A stretch of 64,000 bases of DNA from Sphyrna mokarran (taxonomy: Eukaryota), in the NCBI GenBank assembly GCA_024679065.1, contig JAGIQG010000004.1:74214001-74278000 (forward strand), read 5' to 3'. The notes below the pieces were generated by a model. It worked only from the letters and a program-made list of their open reading frames with translations, made no database searches and was not told the DNA's origin. Positions 24,560 to 37,312 of this stretch are shown in pieces. Made by a program: the position numbers and the translations under genes. Positions within the stretch are counted from its first letter, which is position 1, and every line of letters starts with the position of its first letter.

Positions 24560-26683
24560 ACAAAGGAGACTAAAATGATGTAAGGGAGGAGTTGACTGAG
24601 ATAGATTGGTCCAACTGAGCAACAGTGGAGAATTTTCAAAGCGATTTTTCATAGTGCTCAGTAAAAATATATACCAGTGAAAAGGAAGGACTTTAGGAAA
24701 AAGGATGATCAGGATATTTAAGGAAATAAAGGAGGATATTAAATTGAAAAAAAATGCAAAGAAAATGGCAAAGATTATTAAAGCTAATGGATTGGGAAAT
24801 CTTTAAAGATTAACAAAAGTCACAAAAAAGCCATAAAGAAAACTAAGATGGATTATGAGAATAAACTAGTTCAGAATATAAAAACAGATGGCAAAAATTT
24901 CTACAAATATATAAAATGAAAGAGAATGGCTTAGGTAAACATTTGTCCTTTTAAGTATGAGAAAGAGGATTTAATAATGAGAAATGGCTGAGGCATTGAA
25001 TAGGTATTTTGTGTCAGTCTTCACAGTGGAAGACACAAATAACATGCCAAAAATTGATGACAAGAAGACTGTGACAGGGGAGAATTTAGAAATGAGCATT
25101 ATCATTAAAAGGGTAGTGTTGTGCAAGCTAATGGGGCTAAAGGTAGACAAGTCTCCTAGCCCTGATGGAATGCATTCCAGGGCACTTAAAGAGATGGTGG
25201 GGGAAATAATAATGCACTCATGGTAATTTACCAAAATTCGCTGGACCCTGGGGCAGTTCTGGCAGATTGGAAAACAACAAATGTGACACCACTGTTTAAA
25301 AATGGAGGTAGACAAAGATGAGTGATTATAGGCAAGTTAGCTTAATTTCTGTAGTGGGGAAGATGCTTGAATGTATTATCAAGGAAGAAATAACGAGACA
25401 TCTGATTAGAAATTGTCTCATTGGGCAGATGCAATATGGGTTCATGAAAGGCAGGTCATGTTTAACTAATTTACTAGATTTCTTTGATGACATTACGAGC
25501 ATGATGGACAGTGGGGCATATCTGGATTTCTAGAAGACATTCAATAAGGTGCCGTACAACAGGCTGCTGCATCAGGAGAAGGTGCATTGTGTTACGCGTA
25601 ATGTATTAGTATGGATAGAGGATTGGTTAACTAACAGAAAGCAAAAGTGAAGATAAATGAGTGCTTTGCTGGTTGGTGATCAATGTCTAATGGTGTGCCT
25701 CAAAGATCAGTGTTGGGACCATAATTGTTTACAATTTACATAAACGATTTGAAGTTGGGGACCAAGTGTAGTATGTCAAAAATCACAGATGATACTGAGA
25801 TGAGTGGTAGAGCAAAGTGTGCAGAGCACACTGCAAGTCTGCAGAGGAACTTAGATAGTTTAAATGAGTGGGCAAAGGTCAGGCAGATGGAGTACAATGT
25901 TAGTAAACATGAAATCATCTATTTTGGTAGGAATAATAGCAAAATGGACTATAATTTAAATAGTAAAAAATTGCAGCATACTGCTGTACAGAGGAACCCG
26001 GCTGTTCTTGTGCATGAATCACAAATCTTGGTTTTCAGGTGCAGCACAGAGTTAATGTCCTTCATTGTTAGAGGAATGGAGTTTAAAAACAGGGAGATTA
26101 TGATACAGCTGTATAAGATACTGGTGAGGCCATGCCTGGAGTACTGTGCATAGTTTTGGTCTCCTGACTTGAGGAAGGAAATACTGGCACTGAAGGGGGT
26201 GCAGAGAAGATTCACTGGGTTGATTCTGGGGTTGAGAGGATTGACTTATGAGGAGAGACTAAGGAGACTAGGAGTATATTCATTAGAATTTAGAAGAATG
26301 AGGGCAGATCGTATGGAGACATATAAAATTATGAAGGGAATAGATAAGATAGAAGCAGGGAAGTTGTTTTCACTGTCAAGTGAAACTAGAACTAGGGGGC
26401 ATAGACTCAAAATAATGGAGAGCAAATTTAGAACTGAATTTAGGAAGAGCCTCTGCACCCAAAGGATTGTGAGTCTGTGGAATTCCTGCCCGGTGAAGTA
26501 GCTGAGGCTACCTTGATGAATGTTTTAGAGGCAAAGGTACATAGATTTTTGAGCAGTAAAGGAGTTAAGATTATGGTGAATGAGCGGATAAGTGGAGCTG
26601 AGTCCAGGAAAGCTCAGCCATGATCTTACTGAATGGTGGAGCAGGTTCAAGAGCCTATTCCTGCTCCTGGTTTTTATGTTCTA
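24560..26683 (+). mobile_element. CR1 ORF2 (linker, RT, C-terminus) and 3' UTR, frameshifted
   Basis: LKVDKSPSPDGMH, YRQVSLISVVGKMLE, QYGFMKGRSCLTNLL, FTIYINDL..KITDDT, LVRPCLEYC; tail tttttatgttct. Confidence 0.95.
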
Positions 26684-28382
26684 AATAATTAGACTAAATA
26701 AAAATTAGAAAAACCTCCAGGCCAGCACTGTTAAGATGCTAGTATGGAAATTCTCAACAAGGTGACTTTTAGCTGCACCCATCTGGGCAGGCACAGTGGT
26801 CTGTAGACCTGTCTGAAACACTGTCCTCAGGGTCTGCCACTGGCAGTATGTCTTCCCTCAGTTTATCTGCCTCCCATTACATTGTGAAATTGGAAGTCGA
26901 TGGAAAATCTCAATCAGTCTCCATTATGCATCATTAATAAGTCTCTTAATAAACCGAACTAGTTGCCCACCTCAGCTTCATCTTCTTCCAGAACTGTGTC
27001 CCCAAAAATGATCAGGAAGGCATCAAGGAACTGGCACAGCCACTGTTGGTGGTATTTTCAGCCCCGCTTGTCTTTCCTTCGGGCTAGGCCTGAAAATCTT
27101 ACCCATTATTTCAATCACATTTACCCATCTTGTTTCCATAGCCTTTTATCCATCCATCCAATCTCACTTTAATGTTTGTAGAGTTTCTAACTTAACCACT
27201 AACCCTGGAAATGAATTCCACAGCTGCACAATGTGAGAGTTTCTCATGCCTGGGATATTATATATAACCTTGTATTCATGGCACCTGTTCTTTGCTCTTC
27301 TCTCAGAAACTGTGCACCTTTATCTATACTGCTTCATTCCTTTGTTGTTTAGGGAGCATGTATTTTGATGTTGAATTATTGAAGATTACCAGCAATTATG
27401 TCTAGTTTCTGAGTGTCAATCTTGAGCTGTTTTGGAATCTCACATATCAGTATCACGAAGCAGAATTTGCTTGGAACAGGAGCTGGAGTTGAGTGGCACA
27501 ACAATCAAAATGAGTTATGTTCCTCACCAGACTGAGGACAGAAGGTTGATCTTTTGTTTGAAATGTCTGTGGCTTGACGGGAATTTGCATCTGTTCTGAA
27601 GCTTACACTCGGATCTAATGCAAAATAGGCTTGTGTCTACTACAATCAAGTGACTGACATTTCAGTATTCATATTCAAGGTCAGATTGTGCAAGGAAAAT
27701 TAAGATTTTTTTTTGAGCTGTTTCCTTGAATGCAATGCTCATGAGTTGGAGGTGCTGTCAAAATTCTACAAAGTGAAACTGATTGAGAAGCAGTGGGTTC
27801 TGGTGACCAGAGACAACAACAATATATACTGATTAACAGTAACTGAGCAGTTCTTACATGCTGTGTCTCTTCCTGAACTCCAAGAGAACCCCTATACTCC
27901 CAACCTGACCCCTTTTGTACCCACATCATTCTAACATCCACTGGACACTTACATCTTCCTTGTTTTGTTGGGACATCTGGTAGTACTGAGGTGTAACAAT
28001 GTAGGAGAACAGTCACAAAGTATAAGTTATTCACAAATGTAAAATTAAATTGGGCTAACAAAACATAATGATTTGCAATGTGCAAAATGTTGCTTAGGCC
28101 ACTGCAGCTAATGCATTGCCCACCATGTCTCCTTTCTCCCTCCTTTCTAAAATACACTCCATTCATAGACTAGTTCATCACATAATCCTTGAACTTTGGA
28201 TTTTGGATGGCTCAAGCACTCCCAGAGTATGATTGTACCAGTTGGCTATGCCTGGGACACTCAGATTGGGTATCTTCAATGTTATTGGTGTCAGGTGAAC
28301 TTGTGGTGTGCCCTGAAGCTGCAGAACTTGCTGTGTTGGCCTCTGGAGAGACCTCCATTTCCATTAGTGAAAAGATCCTATG

Positions 28383-28660
28383 GGACACGGTGGCACAGTG
28401 GTTAGCACTTCTGCCTCACAGCGTCAGCAACTTGCATTCAATTCCGGCCTCGTGTGACTGTCTGTGTGGAGTTTGCATGTTCTCTGGGTGCTCCAATTTC
28501 CTCTCACACTACAAAGATGTGTGGGTTGGATTAATTGGCAGGGGAATTAGCAGGATAAATATGTAGAGTTATGGGATAGGGCCTGAATGGGATTGTTGGT
28601 GCAGATTTGATGGGTTGAATGGTCTTCTTCAGCACTGTAGGGATTCTATGATTCTACGAT
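28383..28660 (+). mobile_element. HE1 SINE (CR1-type tail)
   Basis: ggtggcacagtggttagcact..; tail cactgtagggattctatgattcta. Confidence 0.9.
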
Positions 28661-30010
28661 TGCAGGCTGGATGCATGAGGTATGGTGGTGGTTGACAATG
28701 GTCATTTGGGTACATGCAATAGGTGATCCTGGTTTCATACATACTGAACACTGTCAGAGGAAACCACATAGCTGTTTGGCTGAGTCATAGCTGTGCGCCG
28801 CTGCCAGTTTGTTGTGGCCATGTGTGATCTGGCTCCTGACCATTTGACCGGATTCTAGAGGACAAGTGTGTGAACATTTTGGTCATAATCCCTCTTTCCC
28901 CTTGTCGCCATTCAGAAGAGCACTGATCATTCTGTTTTTGACATTCGGTTACAAGAAGAACTTGGCACCGGAATCACAATCCTGGTATGCCTAGAGAACA
29001 TGTGTTGCATGAACAATGGCCGACATTGTCTGGGCATATTCCATATGCCGAGGAGTGCAGCATAAAAATCTCAAGCACATTTCTCAAGCAGGTACTCGGC
29101 TGAATACACAGCCCTTTCTGCCAGGCCATTGGACTGTGGATAGAGTGGACTGCTCGTGATGTGCTCAAAGTCCCTGAACTCTCTGGAAATGAACTGATGA
29201 GTGCTGTTTGTCTTTATGTGTTGCGGGATGCCATGTGTGACAAAGTGTCTCTTGAGCTTGCTTATAACCGTGCTGCTATTCATGTCTGGTAAGTGGTTGA
29301 TTTCATATCAACCAGAGCATTAGTTGACAAAGACCAAATGTTGCTTACTGCTGTATTCAAAAATATCAGTCATATTGAAGAACCGTGGGAGGTCTGGGAC
29401 TCATGTCAGTGCAGTGGTTCCTTAGTTTGATGTGGCTTGGGTGCATTGCATGAAGCATGCCTGGATACTTCTCCCTCAATGTCTTTATACATTGTTGGCC
29501 AGTATTGAGATTCCTTTGCCCTCTACTTTGTTGTCTCAATCCTTGGTATAGTTGCTAGGTGTCATTCCTCTTGCACAGTTAGCTTCTAACCCAGAGAGAA
29601 GAATGTATGGAGATCACGGGGAAGCTCCTTTGAGGACTCAGGCCAGCCTTTCATAATGAATATGGAGTTGCTTGAATATGAAATCCACCTGAACGGCATT
29701 CTTAAGTTGCTTGATTAAATGAGATGAGAGGACCTGTATGGAGATTACGTCAATATACTACAATCTGTAGTGGGTAGGAGGGCTCTGGAACGATCACCAG
29801 AAATCTTCAACTCCTTACTGTAGACGACGCTGAGGTTGTAGAACTGTAGATTGAGTATCTTATGCTGCAGTCATTCAGACGTAGTATGAAGAATCTTTTT
29901 AAGAATAGCTCTGAGTGGCTGATGGTTGGTTTCAGGATCACCTGAAGTCATGAAATTTCTGCCAACGGAAGACGAGAGTAAAGGGACGACTTCTCAATTT
30001 GGACATAATG

Positions 30011-31415
30011 GACAGAATTTTACAATCTCATTGCGCCCATTTTGCAATGGGAAAATGTCATAAATTCGGGCATGGTATGACAAGTGGGAATCGTGCCCAT
30101 TCCCATTTTGCCAAGAAAAGAAATTGGCACGATCAGGAGCCCACCCAAAACAGGCAAAACGTCAATTTGCCTTTTTTTGCATTCATCACAATATCACTAG
30201 TGAACTTCACTCCCAATCATCCCAGCTCACTTGCCTTAACCATCTGTTCACCACAGCCAAATTGGGCAGGAAAACACTTCATCCATAAATGTCTGATTCA
30301 GATGCTTGATCAATGACGATGACGAGAAGGTAAGTCTCTGCATTCAAACTGCTCCATGCTGGTTAGGGGGGATTATTTTGTGGTTGCGCTTTGGATTGGA
30401 GGGAATGCTGCAAATGTGTAGGGGTGAACGTGGCGGGGGATGCTGTTGTTGCTCATGGGGTCCAACCTTGGACTCTCAGCACAGATCCGGTCAGAGTGCT
30501 GACCTTGGGTCTTAGTGCTGACTCTGGGTCTTAGTGCAGGAAACAGCAAGCATGGTTACAGTTGGGGATGGACAGCGAATTCTGTGAAGTGGCTGTGCTG
30601 CAGCTTCAGGACTTGTCATGCAGCACTATCTGTGGCACTACTGCATGGGTTCTGGGTGCCTTTTGGGGAGTAGGGGAGGGATTGAGAGATGTTGTATTGC
30701 CATTCTGGGATTTGTGGGGGTGTAAGGGGAGTATATAGTGTTGGGGTTCTGGGGGAGAGTATGGGGAGTGTATGTTGCTGGGTTGGGGAGCAAGCAGAGT
30801 TCTTTATCTTCTCCACCTGTCTCTCCCCTTCTGCAAAACCTTTCCCCCTTTCACATTGATGAGATGGTTTTTGCAAAGCAACCGATCTTGCTGTTCTTTT
30901 GGTTGCTGCTAGAGCTGAGGACGAGGAGCAGGAAGAAGAATTGCAGACAGAGAAAGTCAAGGCCTCACCACTTGCAAGAGGAGACTGAGTCGACCACAAA
31001 AGGCAGGATATGGCTGTCAATTGCCCTGGGGAGAGGGGGTGGGCAGGAAGAGGACAGTGGAAACCCTGGCAGTTGTGTACATGAGTATCTTTCATGGAGG
31101 CTACAGATAGTGTGACATGAACCCAAGATCCCTGTTGAGGTCATCCTCGTGTGCAGAACTTGGCTATCATTCTCTGCTCAGTGACTCTACGTTGTCGTGT
31201 GTCGTGAAGGCCACCTTAGAGAACGCTTACCCGAAGATTAGAGGCCGAATGCCCATGACAGCTGATGTGTTCCCTAACAGGAAGAAAATAGGCAAGTGTG
31301 TGAGTTTTCACACCTGTAAAATTTGGTGTGAAAACTCACCTGAAAAACGGATCAGGAACTCTCCCGTTTTCACGCTAGCTGGACACTTAGAAAAAAATCT
31401 CATAAAATTCTGCCA
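30011..31415. mobile_element. Non-autonomous PIF/Harbinger-like DNA transposon
   Basis: TIRs gacagaatttta / taaaattctgcc; 3-bp near-duplication atg/gtg; weak Myb/SANT-like remnant (SALAATKRT) on the minus strand. Confidence 0.7.
31085..31285 (-). mobile_element. Penelope-like element GIY-YIG C-terminal fragment
   Basis: LPVREHISCHGHSASNLRVSVL*GGLHDTRQRRVTEQRMIAKF../EDDLNRDLGFMSHYL*. Confidence 0.8.
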
Positions 31416-33204
31416 GTGAGTCTCAGTGTCAATGAGAAGTCTCAATGTGACTGATCTACGATTCTGGATGCAAACTGCACCAAGACTGTATTGGGAGGCA
31501 GATGCTGATAGGCGTATGGGGATTCAAACATCAAAATATTGTCGCACCAGAGGGGCTGAGAGTGTCTGTTTAAGCTAGTTAAACACAATAGTATGATATT
31601 TTTATCAGTACCATTCAACGTCTTGGTGGACAAGCTGCCGAAGAGGTTCATGTGATCCAGGAATGAAGCTGGAAAGACAATTTATTATACCAAGGGAGTG
31701 TTGTAAAATGTGCTTGTCTGAGGGACTGACCATCTGTCATATAGTTGCTGTCTTGTCTGGATCTGGCTTTACACCATCACCACAAAGAAGCTGGTAAACC
31801 TTCAAACTGCATTTATCAGTGTTGAGCTTTAACTGGATGTTCTAATTCTGTCAAGGGTGAGAAATGTTCTTGCAGTATGACCCCAGATCAGGATGTCATC
31901 GATGATAATTTTGTTGGGTTGTCCTCAAAAGAGCTGCTCAAAGCGATGTTGGAAAACCTCAGTGCTGATGGAGATGTCACAGGGCAGGCAGAGGAATTGG
32001 TATCTGCTTACCCAGAACAAGGATGTGGTTGGTTGAGGCTTCTTCATTCAATGGAATTTGCCAGAAGCTGCATTTCATATCCATGATACTGAAAATCTTG
32101 GCAATGGGCATGTCAGCTATGATCTTTGTCATATGTGATGAAGTCTGAGCAGTGCCTTACTCAGGTGGGCTCAGTCAATGCAGATCCTCTCTTTTTACTC
32201 TTTTTAGTCAGGCCTATTCTGTGGTCATGTCTAAGGGCTATGACACCCAGTGTTATCATGCGATTCAGCTCATCAATTATGTTCCACTTCATTGTTAGAG
32301 GACTCTCCTTGAAGCACAGACCCTGGGTGATACCGAGTCACCTGGCCTCATATGATACATTACAGGTAGATTTCCTAATGTTGTCACAGTTGAATAGGTC
32401 GTTATATTCAATCATTTCTGGTGCCTGGTGCTACAAAGTGTGTTCATCTGGACCAAGATGGAGTAATCCCAGTGTGATGATATCCTGAAGATCCAAAAGC
32501 GACTTCACATTTTGGTCAATGACATGAAACTGGAAGCATGACCACATCTTCTGTGTGGATTGTTTATTTGTTATATGCCATGAGGTCCACTTGAGTACTC
32601 AGATCTGGTGCAGCTGATTGGATTGATTTCCCGCAACAACTACTTCCTCAATACCAAAGTTGACTACTCGTTGTTTCATGCAAATCTTCCAATAACACAT
32701 CATTCAAATTTGCCAGTTAGTAATTACATTTGAAGCTACCCAATGATGCCATACAGGTGGATTTCATCAAAGTTCAGAAAGGAAATGATTGATTAGAAAT
32801 CAACAGTATTTCATTGCAAAATATTTACAGGAGTATGAAAAATCAGAATAAAATCAGTAGGAGAGTGAGACCATTTAACTATCCTGAAAATGGAATTTGG
32901 TAAAAGGACGTGATTGACCATAGGATAGTTTTGCTGAAGGATTGAAGTCATGATCTTGCCCTTTTAACAAGTTTTATACATCCTATTGAAAGGAAATATA
33001 CAGCACCTCATCTACTACTGTTTCAGACTGAACACAATATTATTGAAGATTTATGATATATTGTAACTAGCTGGGTAAATAAAGGGGAACCAATGGATTT
33101 GGGTGGAATTTTGTGGCCACTCCCACCAGTGAGATTCTCCACTCCCAAAATATGAATGGATTCTGAGTGGCATTTTCCGCCCTCACCCTGGTTTCATTCC
33201 ACAG

Positions 33205-33358
33205 TCTGAAAGACGTGCTGTTTACGTGCATCAGCCAACTAAATTCTCCCTAAGTGCACCTGAACACGCAGTGGAGTGTGGTGATTAGGGGATTTTCACA
33301 GTAATTTCATTGCAGTGTTAATGTAAGCCTACTTGTGACACTAATAAATAAACTTTAA
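33205..33358 (+). mobile_element. V-SINE type-2 3' portion
   Basis: ggagtgtggtgattaggggattttcacagtaatttcattgcagtgttaatgtaagcctacttgtgacactaataaataaa. Confidence 0.82.
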
Positions 33359-33654
33359 AAAACATCACAACAGGATTGTAACTTTCCACCTATTTGGATT
33401 TTCACAAAACATTTGCTAAAATATTATACAAAATTAGAACTATGTGATTCAGAGTAATAAACTATCATGGAGTGAGGATTGGATAATGGACAGAAAACTG
33501 ATGTCGAAATAATTCTGGAGTTTGCAGCTCTCGAGTGCAACAATTGTTTACTTGACAGATTCCAAGTATGAAGTGTTTGTCCTTTGAGGAGAGACCGAGA
33601 AGAGAAGACCTATATTCCCGGAGTTGAAGAGAATTAGGAGTGATCAGTTTTGTC

Positions 33655-33780
33655 TCTTTATTCCATAATGGGATGTGAGCATTGCTGGCTAGTGCGGTAT
33701 TTATTGCCCATTCCTGAATTACCCCTGGGAAGAGGTTGGTGGGCTACTTTCTCAAATCACTGCAGTCCAGCTGGTGTTGT
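33655..33780 (-). mobile_element. LINE 3' tip (family of 13125-13520)
   Basis: atgggatgtgagcattgctggctag..atttattgcccattcctgaattacccc. Confidence 0.65.
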
Positions 33781-34245
33781 TGAAATATGTAAAATTCATA
33801 AGGTTGGGGGAGATAGGTGGATGCTTGATTGGGTGGGTACTGAAATTGTTTCCCCTGGCTGGGAATTTTAGAACACAATGTCACAGTCTCAGGATAAGGA
33901 ATTGGCCATTTAGGACTGAGGTGAAAAAAATAACAAAAAGATGTGTTTATCTTTGGAATTCTCTATTTCATTGCTCTGTGGATGCTTAGCTGCTGAACAT
34001 ATTCAACGTGGACCTTGGTGGATTTTTGGGTATGAAGGTGATTAAAGGACATCATGTGGGAAAATGAAGTTGAGTTAGAAAATTGCCAGTGTTGTTGAAT
34101 GGCAGAGCAGACTTGAAGAGTTAAACAGCCTGCTCAAGTTTCAATTTCTTGTGTTCTTATCAGCATAGAAAAATATTGCTGTTGGTAAGAGTTCCTTTAC
34201 TTTGTAGTCAAAGCAACCAATGTCTGCATCCAACTGTCAACTAGA

Positions 34246-34604
34246 GGAGACGGTGGTATATTAGTATTGTCACTGCATTAGTAACCCAGTAACTCTCTGA
34301 GGACCAAGGTTCGAATCCCATCCAGTAGATGTTGACATTTGAATTCAATAAAAACCTGGGATTAAAATTCTAATGATGACCATGAAACCATTGTTGTAAA
34401 AACCCATTTGGTTTACTAAAGTATTTTTGGGAAGAAGTCTACCATCTATACCTACATGTCTGGCCTACATGTGAATCTGGGTCCACAGCAACATGTTTGA
34501 TTCTTAAATGCCCTGAAATGGCCTAACAAGGCACTTAGTTCAAGGGAATTAAGGGATGGGAAAAAGTGCTGGCAATACCCATATCTCATGAATGAAAAAT
34601 AAAA
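34246..34604 (+). mobile_element. tRNA-derived SINE, second family (possibly MetaSINE-type core)
   Basis: B-box ggttcgaatccc; core ttgtaaaaacccatttggtttactaa; tail caagggaattaagggatggg..atgaatgaaaaa. Superfamily name is from recall. Confidence 0.8.
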
Positions 34605-35984
34605 CACCAGATAGAGCACAATCATCGATTCAGGGAACATATCATTGTCCCTTCGGCCACGATGCAAATGCACAGTAAATAGGTAATTCCATTGGGAGTG
34701 TAGATGTATTTGCAATCTTATCTCTTGGACAGTCGCTCAGATATTTGCAGGTCAGGATTACCTATGATGATTTAACATTCACACACACATGCACACACCA
34801 AAGAGCAGTTCCTGGTTATAGATTCATCATTTTCCTGTTTAATTGTTTTAAGCCATAATTATGTGCTTAAAATGTGCAGTTTACTAATATAATTTGTTTC
34901 CCCACATATTAATTGGGTTCAATAGTGTGATAACTAATGTTCACTGTTGAAAATCCTTGCTGATATGTGGCGTTGACAATATAATGCAGTAGTAGAGTCC
35001 ATAATTACAGTTTATCATGAGAGGCTTTGTTTTAAAGCACTCGTGGTTTGCGAAAAGCTACATTTGGCATAACGAGGGAGAAATCTTCTATTTTGCAAAG
35101 CAGATTACTAATACATTGCGACAATTAATTCAAGGAGTTTGCTGGCAGGTAATTCACAACATGAACATGGCACAACTATATATATATTTTTAAGTATAAT
35201 ACATGCAACTAAAATTTGCAACTTTTGGGTGTAAAGCTTTTGGAATTCTAGAACTATTTATTGTTAACATAAATTCGCTTTAAATGTTGATGAAGTCAAG
35301 TGATGTTAAAATGCTAAAATGGCAGCCATTATTTTGATGAGTATTGAGCTGATTTGAATCCTTAATTGGAACAGCAAGGTCAATTAACAAAAACTGGCAA
35401 TTTTTCCCTGTATGCAATTCCTAGTTCAAACAGCAAAACAACTGTTGTTGTCTCTCAGCCCTAGTTTAGTGCAGGATGTATGATTTTGCTAGCCAAGTAA
35501 CATAGGAAATTAGGATTAACTGATGGGGCTAGTGCTGACAATGAAAAAGACAGGCAGGTCTTTCCCCATTCCCAATCTTAATTGGAAATGACCATGCTAC
35601 ATACAAGTAAGTTCAAAAGATGATGGACCATATAATTTGGTCTTGAGAACCAGCTAAAGATAATTAAATCCACTTGCAACTTTTGAACCAAAAACCATTG
35701 CAACTCATGAGGCAAATCGCCCAGTTATCTGAATATGTTGCTGGTAAGAATGTTTTTTCTGCCTTTTGAGTTCTCTTTGAATTGAAGTAAACCTTGAGGA
35801 CAGCCAAGAACAGAGATGACAGTGGCCTGGCGATATTGTCACTGGACTAGTAATTCAGAGACCCAAAGTAATGAGCTAGAGATCCTGGTTCAAATCCCAG
35901 CAGGGCAGATTGTGAAATCTGGAATTAATGATAATCATGAAATTATTGTTGATTGTTGTAAAAATCCATCAGGTTCACTAATGT

Positions 35985-36606
35985 TCTCTTTCTTTTCCTC
36001 TCACAACCTTTCCGCATCTAGATGCTGTATTTGTCAGGCTTTTGTTTGTTTTTGTGGCTAATTATTCCTGGAACAGTTTGTGAGTCTGTCGCCAGGGGCT
36101 TATAGTTTGAGGGGCATTACACCACATCAAGTATGGCCACGCTTAAACACGCACAGACAAACTAAAATTTAGTATGGCCTTTGCACCATTTCACTCCAAA
36201 GATGTGCAGTTAGGTGGGATGGCCATGCTAAATTGCCCCTTAGTGTCCCATGGTTTAGGTATGGGGATTAGTGGGGTAAATACTTGGGAACAGGGAACAG
36301 ATCTGGATGGGATTGTCCCTTAGTGTCAGGGGGATTGTGGGATTACAAGGTTAGGGCCTGGGTGAGATTGTGGTCAGTGCAGACTCAGTGGGCCAAATGG
36401 CCTCCTTCTGCACTGTTGAGATTCTATGATTCTAAGCTGCATATCTTTGGGCAGAAATTGGAGCATCCAGAAGAAACCACCCATTTGTGGGCAGCCATGG
36501 GGAGAACATGCAAACTCCAAACAGACAGTCACCCAAGGCCGAAATTGAACCCAGGTCCATGGCGCTGTGAGGCAATAGTGCTAACCACTGTGCCACCCTG
36601 CTGCCC
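35985..36606 (-). mobile_element. V-SINE with a third, unfamiliar tail, itself interrupted
   Basis: Head/V-domain 36606-36433; core resumes at about 36189 (ggtgcaaaggccatactaaaatt), then about 170 nt unlike tails 1 and 2. Confidence 0.72.
36192..36432 (+). mobile_element. 5'-truncated HE1 SINE
   Basis: ccaaagatgtgcagttaggtgg..ggccaaatggcctccttctgcactg..attctatgattct. Confidence 0.85.
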
Positions 36607-37029
36607 ATGAATGTCCTTTCATGATGGAAATCTTACCTGGTCTGGTTATATGTCATTCCAGATCCACAGCAATATGGTTAATTCTTAAATGCCTCGCCAG
36701 TAATGCTCATGTCCCATAAAAAACAGCTAAGCTGGACATGCAGAATCTACACAAGTTCTATTTTGAATTCCCAGTGCAAAGCACAATAAATAAGACAGAG
36801 AGGCTGGAAACATTTCAAACACATCACGGCCTATGAGTGTATAGAACCAGCATTAAAAATAATCAATGTAGGAGCAGTATTAGAATAGTAGAGTAGATTT
36901 TACTAACTGTGTGTATAGAGTTGTTGAAATGTGATGGGGGAAGATTTCCTCTGTGCTGACAGTCAATGGTGTCCATTTCCTAAATTTCTGCTTCCCTCCT
37001 TCCCTTAAACCCAGGAGTATTTCTGTACA

Positions 37030-37165
37030 AAAGCAAAATACCATGGATACCGGGAATCTGAAACAAAAGGCTGGAAATTCTTTATCGGTCAGGCAGCATC
37101 TGCAGAGAGAGTATTCAAATTAATGTTATGGTCAATTTCTGAGGAGAAGACCTGAAAATGATTGC
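37030..37165 (-). mobile_element. Decayed Penelope-associated terminal repeat
   Basis: aaagcaaaatac..gaatctgaaac..ggtcaggcagcatctg, antisense-like to 58630-58780. Confidence 0.45.
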
Positions 37166-37217
37166 CTAATTTCTGTGCTGTATGACATCGAGAGTGTAAT
37201 TTTCCAAACTCGCCTTT

Positions 37218-37312
37218 GGCTGGGATTTTCCAGCCCCACTGCAATGAATGGAGATTTGGTTGAGTGGTAGATTCTCTGTTCTCGCTGGAATGAGACCAGA
37301 GAATCCTGGCCC
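37218..37312. mobile_element. Short MITE
   Basis: ggctgggattttcc ... gagaatcctggcc TIRs. Confidence 0.6.

Larger units (their letters stand above)
28690..32640 (-). mobile_element. Ty3/Gypsy pol remnant (RT, RNase H, integrase), split by an insertion at 30011-31415
   Basis: KIIADMPIAKIFSIMDMKCSFWQIPLNEE and IIDDILIWG (RT); DTET|HYVQIEK (RNase H); HGIPQHI..HITSSPLYPQSNGLAERAV (integrase). Confidence 0.9.
33050..34160 (+). mobile_element. Fragmented CR1 with nested SINE, MITE and LINE pieces
   Basis: tatttggattttcacaaaacatttg (YLDF..), FRTEVKK..VYLWNSL; tail tttcttgtgttcttat. Confidence 0.7.
35812..36720 (+). mobile_element. Same second-family SINE, split by an insertion at about 35985-36608
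   Basis: 5' half ends ggttcactaatgt; resumes aatgtcctttc..cctggtctgg..ccacagcaat. Confidence 0.75.
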
